NCBI GenBank assembly: GCA_934097105.1
Contig: CAKONI010000002.1
Location: forward strand, 12,006-76,005
DNA from: an uncultured Bacilli bacterium
Lineage (GTDB): Bacteria; Bacillota_I; Bacilli_A; RF39; UBA660
DNA length: 64,000 bases
Reading direction: 5' to 3'
Shown: piece by piece, positions 18,376-28,200 of the stretch
How positions within the stretch are numbered: the first letter of the stretch is position 1
Layout of the letters: each line of letters begins with the position of its first letter
Translations under genes and position numbers: made by a program
Notes under the pieces: model-generated
What the model was told of the DNA's origin: nothing
The model's database searches: none
The model's input: the letters and a program-made list of their open reading frames with translations, nothing else

Positions 18376-19493
18376 AAAAATTATTTTTATTTATTTTGTT
18401 AATACCTTTTATGACTGGATGTAGTTATATGGAACTTGAGGATCTTGCTATTGCTTCGGCGATTGGAATTGATTATGAGGATAATAGTTTTGTTCTTACT
18501 GCGCAAATTATGAATGTTACGACTGGTGAAACGGGCACGATGGAAGAAAATGCTCTTATTTATGAGGGAAGTGGTAAGACAGTTTCTGAGGCTGTTAGGG
18601 ATTTTTCTGTTAAGTATCCTAAGAATATTTATTTTGGGCATTTGGAAGTTCTTGTTCTTAGTAAGGATATTATGGAAAATCATTTGGATGAAATTCTTGA
18701 TTACTTTTTTAAGTCTCCGGAAACTAGGACTTCTGGATATATTTTAGTAAATGATAAGGATTCTGCTAGAAATACTTTAAATCCTAAGAATGAAAAAAAG
18801 GATTCTTTTCCGGCAGAAGATATTAAAAGTATTTTGATGGATTCTACTAAGAGGACTGGTACTGTTAAGGATATTACTTTGGAGGAGTTTGCTGTTGATT
18901 ATTTGAAGAAAGGTTACTCCCCTATTTTTCCTATTATAAATATTAGAGATAAAAAAGGTATGACTACTAGCAAGATTGAACTTTATAATATGGCTGTTTT
19001 AAATGATGATAGAAAACTTGTAAGTCTTGATAAGAAAAGTTCTATTGCTTATAATACTTTGAAAGAAAATTATACTGATATATCTATAATATCTACATAT
19101 AAAGGGCATTCTTTGGGTCCTATTATTTATCATCCTAAGTCTAAAGTGAAACTTAAACTTTCTAATAACGAAATTAATGTTAATATTAAAATAAGGGCTG
19201 AGTCTATTATTTCTAATGCTAATGGTATTGATCAAACTAAGGATAAGATGCATAGGATTCTTGAGGAAAATATTGAGAAATCTCTTGGTTCTTACGTGGA
19301 TTCTTTAATTAATTTTTGTAAGGAAAATAATGCTGATGTTTTGGGGCTTAGGAATATGATTTATAAAAATTATAATAGTGATTATAAGAATTATAAAGAT
19401 AAGAATATATATGAAATGGCTAATTTTAAGAAGGATATTAAGATAAGAATATATAGGTATGGAAATACTAATCAAGGAGGTAAAAGTAAATGA
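18372..19493 (+). CDS. Ger(x)C family spore germination lipoprotein
   Basis: Lipobox 'FMTGC' followed by 'LEDLAIASAIGIDYE'. ATGA overlap with the A-subunit stop. Confidence 0.85.
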   Translation: MKKLFLFILLIPFMTGCSYMELEDLAIASAIGIDYEDNSFVLTAQIMNVTTGETGTMEENALIYEGSGKTVSEAVRDFSVKYPKNIYFGHLEVLVLSKDIMENHLDEILDYFFKSPETRTSGYILVNDKDSARNTLNPKNEKKDSFPAEDIKSILMDSTKRTGTVKDITLEEFAVDYLKKGYSPIFPIINIRDKKGMTTSKIELYNMAVLNDDRKLVSLDKKSSIAYNTLKENYTDISIISTYKGHSLGPIIYHPKSKVKLKLSNNEINVNIKIRAESIISNANGIDQTKDKMHRILEENIEKSLGSYVDSLINFCKENNADVLGLRNMIYKNYNSDYKNYKDKNIYEMANFKKDIKIRIYRYGNTNQGGKSK

Positions 19494-20581
19494 ATGGGAA
19501 GATAAGTTCTGGGGAAATGATGGTTTTATCTATTTGTTTTATTACCGCTTTGTTTCCTGGTATTACTAATAATTTGATTTTATCTATTTCTAAGAATTCT
19601 TCTTTATTATCTATTGGGTTAGCAATTCTTGTAGGATTAATTCCTATTTTTATGATAGTTTTTATTAGTAAAAGATTGGATACTAGTTTATTTGATTTTT
19701 TGAGGGAAAAGTTTGGTTTTTTTGGTAATTTTCTTAATGTATTTTTGATAGTTATGGCCTTTATTACTTTGTCAATTAGTTCTTGGCTTTTTGTAGATTT
19801 TTTGATTAGTCAATTTTTAACTAGAAATTCATATTATTCTGTGTCTATATTTATTTCTTTAATTGTTAGTTATTGTGTTTGTAAGGATTTTGAGACTTTA
19901 TCTAGGACTGCTTTTGTTTTATTTTTAATTTCTGTCATTACTATTCTTATTTCTTGGATATGTCTTTCGGGCTATGTTGAACTTGATAATTTTAAACCTT
20001 TTATAGATGTTCCTTATAAAAATATTATGAATAGTGGTTTTATTATTTTAACTTTTTTAAGTGCTCCGCTTATATATATGATTGATTTAAGGAATAAGGT
20101 TCAAAACAAAAAAGGTTTTGAGAGGAAACTTGTACTTAGTTCTTTGATATCGGCATTTTTACTTTTTGGATTTATATTTTTAATAATCGGAATATACGGA
20201 ATTGACTTATCATCAATGTTTATATATCCAATATACTCTCTATTTAAAAAAATCGAAATATTAGGGTTTATTGAAAGAATTGAGAATATTTCTACTTTAG
20301 TACTTATAATACCATTTTTTAATATGTTTTGTTATTTGATTTATTATATGAAAGAAAATATTTTGAAGTTTTTTGAAAATAAAGAGAAAAAGATAAATAA
20401 AAAGAAAGAAAGGTTTTTGATATGCTTTCTTTCAGTAGTGATTCCTGTTAATGCAATATATTTTTTTACTAACTATAATTTGAATACTTTAATAGATATA
20501 TGTCCTTATATTTTTAGTACTTTATTTATAGTTATTATAATAATTTTTATACGGTGCTTGTTTATTAAAAAGAGTAAGTAG
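19490..20581 (+). CDS. spore germination protein, GerAB/permease-like (B subunit) family
   Basis: 363 aa, about 10 TM segments. ATGA overlap with the C subunit. Third gene of the receptor operon. Confidence 0.8.
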   Translation: MNGKISSGEMMVLSICFITALFPGITNNLILSISKNSSLLSIGLAILVGLIPIFMIVFISKRLDTSLFDFLREKFGFFGNFLNVFLIVMAFITLSISSWLFVDFLISQFLTRNSYYSVSIFISLIVSYCVCKDFETLSRTAFVLFLISVITILISWICLSGYVELDNFKPFIDVPYKNIMNSGFIILTFLSAPLIYMIDLRNKVQNKKGFERKLVLSSLISAFLLFGFIFLIIGIYGIDLSSMFIYPIYSLFKKIEILGFIERIENISTLVLIIPFFNMFCYLIYYMKENILKFFENKEKKINKKKERFLICFLSVVIPVNAIYFFTNYNLNTLIDICPYIFSTLFIVIIIIFIRCLFIKKSK

Positions 20582-20884
20582 TTATTTAAGAGGAATTTGA
20601 TTTATTTCTTTTATGATGTCTTCGGCTATGTTGGAACAGTTGAAACTTTTTAGGAAGTTGTAGAGTTCTAAAACGTCTTCTTTTTCGTCCATACTAATAT
20701 AACCATTTCTTCTTGCGGACATATATCTTTCTATAATATGTAATTTTAGATTTAGGCATGCTTGTTTTTCTAGTGTGTCTATTTTTTTTAGATATTTTCT
20801 AAAGTTCCTATAAAGATGAGTTATTACGGTCACTAATAGGGAAAATAGTATTTCTATCCAGTATGTAATTATAAAATTTAACAT
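20582..20884 (-). CDS. hypothetical N-terminally anchored small protein
   Basis: 100 aa with one N-terminal TM helix. Its stop abuts the convergent gerB-type stop with zero spacing. Confidence 0.4.
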   Translation of the reverse strand: MLNFIITYWIEILFSLLVTVITHLYRNFRKYLKKIDTLEKQACLNLKLHIIERYMSARRNGYISMDEKEDVLELYNFLKSFNCSNIAEDIIKEINQIPLK

Positions 20885-20950
20885 ATTATCACCTGATATA
20901 TATTATTAGAGTAAATGTTTTTTGTATATAATAGGTATCTATTTTTTAAG

Positions 20951-20980
20951 AAAAAATAAAAAAGATAGAATACTCTATCT
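20951..20980 (-). terminator. rho-independent terminator after the 698-aa surface protein gene
   Basis: Stem AGATAG / CTATCT followed on the minus strand by TTTTTTATTTTTT. Confidence 0.6.
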
Positions 20981-21037
20981 AATTTACAATATATGAATAA
21001 CTTATTATTATAGTAATTATCATATAAATTAATTATT

Positions 21038-23134
21038 TTAACTTGATGGACATGTTTTTGTATATGGGGTACCAGTATTAGTCTCATTTGTTGCAACGTC
21101 TTTTCTAGTTACTTTCCATTCATAAGACTCTCCTGCTGTACAAGTTGCCTCAGCAGTGGCATCTTTCGCAAATTTTTTTGCTCCAGTTGCTGTTTCTGGA
21201 TCAATAAATGGTTTTCCAGAGCCGTCTTTTCCTGCTGTTTTCCATGTTGAACTACCTTTTTTCCTATATTCTATCCTAAATTCTTTTAATCCTGAATCAT
21301 CATCTGTTAAATCAGTTGTAACAGTCCAGACAAGTTTTCCTTTAGTACTGCTTTTTGAACTCACTTCACCACCTGATGGAGCTGTTTGATCTATTTTAAT
21401 TGTACAAACTGGTGTTGTAGATTCATTTCCAATATGATCCACTGCATAGAAATAACTAGTTAATTGCCCTGTCCCACTTATCCTTTTTGAAAGAGTGTTT
21501 GACGTATACGAACTTGTTTTTGCTGATAAACCTTCTACTGTATAACGATCTTCTTCTTTAGTCGAATTTGAATTTTTAATTCTTTGTTTTATTGTTTTTA
21601 CACCCGTATAGTTATCTGTACAAGTAAATTTCGCATAAACATCATATTTTGTCCATCTGCCACAAGTGTAAGTTTCATTTCCATTTTTTGTTTTTTGGTA
21701 AGTTATTGTGCACTTTGGACCAGCAGTATCTACTCCTATTCTAATACTATCAGGCACTACACTGCATCTGCCATTATAACACGCTCTTAAATAAATTGTT
21801 GTACCTGCTGGTTTTTCATCTTTATAAGACATACCAGATACTGGTGATGAGAATGTTGCTGAAGTATCCCATTCATAAATAGTTCCTGATAAACCACAGT
21901 TACTTCCACCACGAGCATACAAACCATCTGCCCAAGTATCACTTGAACTTGTTGATTTTGATATTGTTGGTGTATCAGGAGTACAAACTCCTACCGTAAC
22001 ACTTACATCCTTAGTTACATTACCACATTTAACAGTAACTTTAGTTGTACTACTTGTAAGTGTACTTGGTGTAAATGTACATTGATTTGCTGAAACATCT
22101 ATTGTTCCTTTTGTTCCGTCTTTGTAGGTAACATCCATTTTCATTCCATTTGGAATGAATGTTTCTCCTTCAGAGTAAGTTGTTTTTGATGGATTACCTG
22201 AAACGTTGGTTACTTCTTGTATTTCTTTTGTTGGTTCAGTAGTACCACTTACTGTGATTTTTTGCTTGTATGGTGCATTACCACATGTAATTGTTACTTC
22301 TGTATCATTTTTTGTAAGTGCTCCATCTGGGGTTATCTTACAAATATTATTACTAACTGCATCTTTGACATTTATATCTCCAGTTGTTCCATCTTCATAG
22401 TCTGCTTCTAGGACAAGTCCTGTTGGATCGAATTTTTCTCCTACTTTGTATGTTGTTTTTGATGGATCACTCTTTTTCTTTAGTGTAGTTATTTTACTGT
22501 CTGTTCCTATGCTTCCATTTACTGTTATTTTTTGGTATACCGTGTCATAATCACAACTAACTCTTACTGCTGTAGTGCTACTTTCAATTTGTTCTGGTGT
22601 AAATGTACAACCTTTTCCATCTATGATTTCTCCAGTATCTCCTGTAGTATAGTTTACTTTTATTTTCATTCCTGTTGGATCGAATTTTTCTCCTGCTTTG
22701 TATGTTGTTTTTGTTGGTTCTTTTGTTATTTCTATACTTCCTGCGACTTTGTCTTTTGGTGCTTCTGCTTTTATAGTGACAGGTTCGCTATAAGCGCTAT
22801 TATGATAACCACCATTTTCATCAAACCAATAAAGAGCTACTCTAAAAGAATAGGTTTCGCCTCTATTTAAGTTTTCGTAAATTTTATAGCCTTCACCGCT
22901 TGCTCTTAATGACATTGCTCCATCATATTTATAAACCCAGTTATCAATTACAACTATGATGCCACATTTTTCATAATCACAACTGCTTAGTTTATAATTT
23001 ACTTTTATTTGAGTGCTTAACATGTTTATTACTTTTGTTATTTCTGGTTTTGCACTTTCTGCATGCACATTAAGTGCAAAACTAAAGCCAAATAATAATG
23101 TAAACAAGGTAATTATTAAGGTTTTATTTTTCAT
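21038..23134 (-). CDS. secreted modular surface protein (paralogous N-terminus to 14188..16791, 3 Ig-like repeats, Cys-rich C-terminal Ig-like region)
   Basis: It has a signal peptide. 'PEITKVINMLSTQIKVNYKLSSCDYEKCGIIV' is paralogous to 'PKITKATNMLSTQIKVEYDLASCKYEKCGIIV'. Three repeats contain 'GEKFDPTG'. The distal part contains 'IDQTAP'. Confidence 0.8.
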   Translation of the reverse strand: MKNKTLIITLFTLLFGFSFALNVHAESAKPEITKVINMLSTQIKVNYKLSSCDYEKCGIIVVIDNWVYKYDGAMSLRASGEGYKIYENLNRGETYSFRVALYWFDENGGYHNSAYSEPVTIKAEAPKDKVAGSIEITKEPTKTTYKAGEKFDPTGMKIKVNYTTGDTGEIIDGKGCTFTPEQIESSTTAVRVSCDYDTVYQKITVNGSIGTDSKITTLKKKSDPSKTTYKVGEKFDPTGLVLEADYEDGTTGDINVKDAVSNNICKITPDGALTKNDTEVTITCGNAPYKQKITVSGTTEPTKEIQEVTNVSGNPSKTTYSEGETFIPNGMKMDVTYKDGTKGTIDVSANQCTFTPSTLTSSTTKVTVKCGNVTKDVSVTVGVCTPDTPTISKSTSSSDTWADGLYARGGSNCGLSGTIYEWDTSATFSSPVSGMSYKDEKPAGTTIYLRACYNGRCSVVPDSIRIGVDTAGPKCTITYQKTKNGNETYTCGRWTKYDVYAKFTCTDNYTGVKTIKQRIKNSNSTKEEDRYTVEGLSAKTSSYTSNTLSKRISGTGQLTSYFYAVDHIGNESTTPVCTIKIDQTAPSGGEVSSKSSTKGKLVWTVTTDLTDDDSGLKEFRIEYRKKGSSTWKTAGKDGSGKPFIDPETATGAKKFAKDATAEATCTAGESYEWKVTRKDVATNETNTGTPYTKTCPSS

Positions 23135-23145
23135 GTTTTACCTCC

Positions 23146-23796
23146 TTAACCAAATATTCTTTTTTTTCTTAATACTATAGCAATTCCGCCACCTAATATA
23201 GCAGGTAATGATAAGAATGGTGAAATTCCTGTGTTAGGATTGTTTGTTGTTTGTTGTGTTCCTCCGTTAGTTGTATATTCTTTTGTTTTTTTTGTAGTTT
23301 TACTACCATTACTTGAATTATCAGTGTCATCATCTGGATCACTTATTGGATCATCATCACTTGGTTCATCGCCTGGGTCTTCTTCACTTAGTGCATAAGA
23401 AGTTTTTACTACTTTTAGTGTATCAGCACAATCATATGCTGGTACTTTTCCCCAATCCTCAGGATAGGGTATTGTCCAGTTGTTAAATGATAGGAAATAA
23501 CCATATAATGTTCTTCCATCTTCTGATGGTGCAAAAAATTGTTGTTGTTTTCCACTTGTTGTTTTTACAAAATCTTGGTATGACTTCCCTGATACAGAAA
23601 ACTTTCCTGTTGAAGAATCAAAACTGAAATCAGTTCTTGCATTTTCAAGTTCTGAAGTGAAGTTTCCACATATGTCTTCTATATCTTCGCCTTCAATGCT
23701 CCAATCTGGATCTGCTTTATAATTTGCTGCATCTACGTTTCCAACCATTAAAACCATCCCTAAAATCATAAACATAAAATAAGTTATTTTTTTCAT
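23146..23796 (-). CDS. secreted protein with acidic linker and C-terminal cell-wall sorting-like signal (NPNTG)
   Basis: ATG 23796 lies behind GGAGGAG. The signal peptide ends 'VGNVDA'. The C-terminus is 'NPNTGISPFLSLPAILGGGIAIVLRKKRIFG'. The N-domain is paralogous to that of the 23959..25215 product. Confidence 0.65.
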   Translation of the reverse strand: MKKITYFMFMILGMVLMVGNVDAANYKADPDWSIEGEDIEDICGNFTSELENARTDFSFDSSTGKFSVSGKSYQDFVKTTSGKQQQFFAPSEDGRTLYGYFLSFNNWTIPYPEDWGKVPAYDCADTLKVVKTSYALSEEDPGDEPSDDDPISDPDDDTDNSSNGSKTTKKTKEYTTNGGTQQTTNNPNTGISPFLSLPAILGGGIAIVLRKKRIFG

Positions 23797-23817
23797 ATAT
23801 TTTCTCCTCCTAGTATA

Positions 23818-23846
23818 ACTATACATGATAGGAAAATTAATGTCAA
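23818..23846 (-). promoter_or_regulatory. candidate sigma-A promoter
   Basis: On the minus strand: TTGACA, a 17-nt spacer, then TATAGT. The predicted TSS falls almost on the SD, so the leader would be very short. Confidence 0.4.
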
Positions 23847-23936
23847 CAAAATAATCAAATTTGTGTAAACTTATTTTTCCTTTACGTAAAGTAGAAATTT
23901 TTGTACACTTCTTGTTTTTTTATTGGACAAAATTAA

Positions 23937-23955
23937 AAGGAACCATTGGTTCCTT
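23937..23955 (-). terminator. hairpin terminator after the 418-aa gene
   Basis: Stem AAGGAACC / GGTTCCTT with a 3-nt loop, 3 nt past the stop, followed by a T-rich tract. Confidence 0.55.
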
Positions 23956-23958
23956 ATT

Positions 23959-25215
23959 TTAAACATATGCTGATTTTACTTTAGAGTAGTTACTATATAC
24001 TTTTTTATTATTAACTATTTTATAGGCACGTACTTTGTAATAGTATTTTTTACCTTTTCTTAAATTTTTATTTAGCATATATAGTGATTTTGTATTTTTT
24101 ATATAAACGTATTTTTTTGTTTTGGCATTATATCTATATACAGCGTAGCCTGATGCTCCATTTACTTTGTACCATGCTACTCTTGCTACACCTTTTTTAT
24201 ATTTTGTAACTTTTAATGTTGGAGTGCTTGGTATTGGTTTTACTCCTGTTTGTGATGAGTAATCACTGTACACTTTCTTACCGTTTATTGTTCTATAGGC
24301 TTTTACTTTATAATACGAAGTTTGTCCTGTTACATTTTTATATGTTGTATTTACATATAGATTTTTTGTATTTGTTATTACTGTTGAATAACTTTTTGTT
24401 TTTTTATTATATTTATATACTGTGTATCCTGTTGCTCCGGTTACTTTTGACCATGTAACTTTTATTTTGTTATAATTTACTGATGATGATTTTACTTTTG
24501 TTGGTTTGTTTAGTTTTGGTGTAATACTAATATAGTATTCTTCTCCAGTACGTTTTTCTCCTTTGTAAATTACATATGGTACGATTTTATAATATGCTTT
24601 GGTTCCTGTTGTTAAACTATTTGTTGTTGTGTAACTTTCTTTTGTTGTGTCTGTTAGTTTTTTTGTATATGTTTTTCCATTATCGTTTGATTTGTAAATT
24701 ATATACGCTGCTTTTGATACATCTTCTTTTACTGTTTGGTAAGCCATCTTGTATGTTAATTTTATTGTGTTATAGTTTACTGAACTTGCTAAAGCGTATG
24801 AAATGTATGGTTTTGTTACTCCATTTACATTAATTGGGTAAGACTTATCTTCTGTTTTGTATACTTTAGCACAGTTGAATGCTGGAAGGTTTAGTGCTTT
24901 TACTTCTTCTACTTTAGCATTTTTGTTGTAGTTTAGAACGTAGATGTATAGTGCTCTATTACTTTTTCCAACATTATAGAATATTATGTTTGTATTTTTT
25001 GCTTCTTTATAGGTTTCGCCTGTTAGGGAAAATTTACCAGTTGATTCATCAAAATTATAACTTGTTCTTGCATTTTCTAGTTCACTTGTGAATGTACCAC
25101 AAGCAGTTCCTATTGCGCTTGGTCCTCCTTGTTTATAGACGTCTGCTTTTACTCCAGTTGATATTGTAAGTAATGCTATGGTTATTAGCATAAATAAATA
25201 TTTTCTTTTTTTCAT
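23959..25215 (-). CDS. secreted protein with shared N-domain and 3-4 fibronectin-type-III-like repeats
   Basis: It has a signal peptide. 'CGTFTSELENARTSYNFDESTGKFSLTG' is paralogous to 'CGNFTSELENARTDFSFDSSTGKFSVSG'. The repeats are of the type 'KVTWSKVTGATGYTVYKYN...YYKVKAYRTINGKKVYSDYS'. Confidence 0.7.
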   Translation of the reverse strand: MKKRKYLFMLITIALLTISTGVKADVYKQGGPSAIGTACGTFTSELENARTSYNFDESTGKFSLTGETYKEAKNTNIIFYNVGKSNRALYIYVLNYNKNAKVEEVKALNLPAFNCAKVYKTEDKSYPINVNGVTKPYISYALASSVNYNTIKLTYKMAYQTVKEDVSKAAYIIYKSNDNGKTYTKKLTDTTKESYTTTNSLTTGTKAYYKIVPYVIYKGEKRTGEEYYISITPKLNKPTKVKSSSVNYNKIKVTWSKVTGATGYTVYKYNKKTKSYSTVITNTKNLYVNTTYKNVTGQTSYYKVKAYRTINGKKVYSDYSSQTGVKPIPSTPTLKVTKYKKGVARVAWYKVNGASGYAVYRYNAKTKKYVYIKNTKSLYMLNKNLRKGKKYYYKVRAYKIVNNKKVYSNYSKVKSAYV

Positions 25216-25269
25216 ATATCCTCCTTAATATAATAAGTATACCACATTTTTTTACTTTTTTTACTTTTT

Positions 25270-28200
25270 TTATTTTATTTTAGTTTTTTTTGCAAACATG
25301 AAGTAACTTCCTGTTATTATTAGTATTGCTCCGATTATTATTACTAAAGTACTTATATTATTGTTTGTGTTTGGAATTGGTACTGCTTTTAGTACTTTTT
25401 CTATTGCTGTAAATGTTATGTTTTCTTTTATAACTGCTTGTTTTAGTTCTTCGTTTGTTATTTCATTTCCTTTTTCTATTATGTTTCCATTTTTTAAAGT
25501 TATGTCTTTGTTTGCTATCCATACTAAGGCTTTTTCATTTGTTGTTATTTTCACTTTGGTTCCTGTTGGGTTTTCGTTATAGGATACTTTTTCTTTTGTT
25601 TTTCCTGTTATTTTTGCATTTTCTGTAGATATGTATTTTACTATATACGTTATTTTTTGTGTTATTATTTTTATGTTTGTGTTTTCTTTTATTGTTATTT
25701 TAGTTAGATTATTTTTGTTTATAATTGTTCCTTTTTTTATAATTTTATTGTTTAGCAATACGTCTTTGTTTGCTTTTAGACCAATTATTTTATATCCTTG
25801 TTTTGCCTTGTAGGTTGTTCCTTTTAGTTTTTTTGTTATATTTGTTTGTTCTTTGGTGATTCCTGTTATTATACTGTTTTCATCGGTTATATAGTTTACG
25901 TAGTATTGTTCTAATTTAGTTTGTCCTGTTATTGTTAGGTTTTCTTTTATTATTATTTGGTTTATTTGTTCTTTGGTTAGTGATTCACCTTTTTTTATTA
26001 TGGTTCCATCTTTTAGGGTTACGTCTTTATCTATTGTCCAATTTTTGAATTTGTATCCTTGTTTTGGTTTTAGGGTGGTTCCTAGTGGTGATGCGCCGCT
26101 TGGTACTTCTTCTTCTAGTATTCCTGTTATTGTGCCGTTTTCATCACTTGTATATATGATGTTATATTTATTTATGTAGTGATATATTGTAAATGTTATG
26201 TCGTCGTCTACTAGAACATTTTTTATTTGTTCTTCGGTTAGTGGTGCACCTTTTTTTATTGTGGTTCCATCTTTTAGGGTTACGTCTTTGTCTGCGGCCC
26301 ATTTTAGTATTTTGTATTCGTCAAAGGTTTCATGGGTTGTTCCGCTTGGGTTTTCTTTATATTTTTTTGTTTCTTTAGTGGTTCCGGTTATTTTACCATA
26401 GTTATCACTTGCGTAGTTTATTTGATATGATTTTATTTGGTAGTTTGCTTTATAGAATTTATCTTCTGTTTCATTTTTTATTGTTATGGTTTTGGTTGGT
26501 GTTTTTATGGAGTCATTTGTCCAACCGATAAATTCATATCCTTTTTTTGATGGCTGTGGTAAGGTGATTGTATCTTCGATTGTATATGATGTTATGCCAT
26601 TATTTAAAGTTCCTCCATCTAAATCGTAGGTTATTTTGTAATTTATTGTATTGTATTTTACTGTACAAGTAGTGTCTTCTGTTAGATTTTTTAGATTTAA
26701 AATGTTATTTTCTATGGTTGCGGTTTGATTATTGGTGCAGGTTACTTCGGGGTTATTATATCCTAGATTATTTTTTAGGGTTATGCTAGCGGTTTCGTTT
26801 TTCTTTAGGGTTAGTGATGTTTTTTCTGCACTTCCGTTTATGACGTTTATTTTTATGTCCATTATTTCTTTATTCCATATGGCATATAGGTTTATTTCTT
26901 CACCATCTTTGTCTGTTAAGTTTAATATACTTAGGTCTCCGTCATATCCTTCGAACATTGATGTTTTGGCATTTTCATCTTTGTTCCATCCAATGAATGT
27001 ATAGCCTTCTCTTGTGAATAGGTTATTTTTTAGGTTTTGTTCTTTATCGTAGGTGAATTCTTCTTTTATTTTGGTTCCTATTCCTTTATTGGGATTATAT
27101 ATTATATAGTATTTTATTGGACTAAATACTGCTTTATATGTTTTGTTTCCTGTTGTTCCTTTTTTGATTGTGAGTGTTTTTAGTGATTCGTTTTCGTTTT
27201 CCCATGATATGAAGTTGTATCCTTTTTTTTCGGGATTTTCTATGGTGAATTCGCTTTCTATATTATAGTCTTTTGTTATAATGTTGTCTTCGATTCGACA
27301 TGTTATTGTGTAGTTTATTGGTTGCCATTTGGCGTATATGGTTATGTCGTCTTCTGGGAATTCTTCTTTTGTAAATTCGTTTTCTAAAGTTTTGTCATAC
27401 CAGCCTAGGAATTTATAACCTTCTTTTTCTGGCGTTGGGATTTTTGGTATTTTTTCTAGATATTTTCCTGTTATTTTGTCTATTGATGTTTCATTTTCTT
27501 TTTCTATGGTTATTGTTATATCTTTTATTTCCCATTTGGCATATAGATTTAGGTTTGTATTTTGATTTGATGTATCTTTTATTTCGTTTATGAAGTTTTC
27601 TTCTGTGTACCAGCCTAGGAATTTATAACCTTTTTTGGTTGGACTATAAAGTGTTTTTATTTCTTCTTTGTTGTATGTTGTAGGGTTATTTTCGTTATTT
27701 TGTCCATCGTTTAGGTTGTAGTTTATTGTGTAGTCTTCTAGGGTCCATTTAGCGTATAGGGTTATATCGCTTTCTGGGAATTTTTCAAAGGTGTATAGTT
27801 TGGTTAGTTTTTTATCTTGATACCAACCGGCGAATTTATAACCATCTTTTTTAGGATCTTCTGGTTTTGTTAGAGGGCTTGCTATTTCTCCTTCTAGTGG
27901 ATTTATAGTGCTTCCTCCATTTGTATCAAAGGTTATGGTTACTTTTTTCTTTTGATAGTTTGCATATAAGGTTGTATCTTCATTTAAGGTATAAGTGCTT
28001 CCTTTGTTTCCAATCTTTTGAGTTAGGTTTTTGTCGCTGTAGTAGCCTTCTAGGGTGTAGCCTTCTTTTTCTATATCTGGTAGTGTTACCGAAGCGCCTA
28101 AGTAATTTGCGTAAAGATTTTGGGTTTTGTTTTCTATTTGAGTGGTATTATTTACTCTAGTTTGGAATGTTTTTTCTTTATACCAACCTAGGAAGTAGTT

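Noticed and set aside
20878-21096. 72-aa ORF between the small membrane protein gene and the 698-aa surface gene
   Set aside because: It overlaps the 3' end of the surface gene and runs through its terminator. It has no RBS and an implausible sequence.
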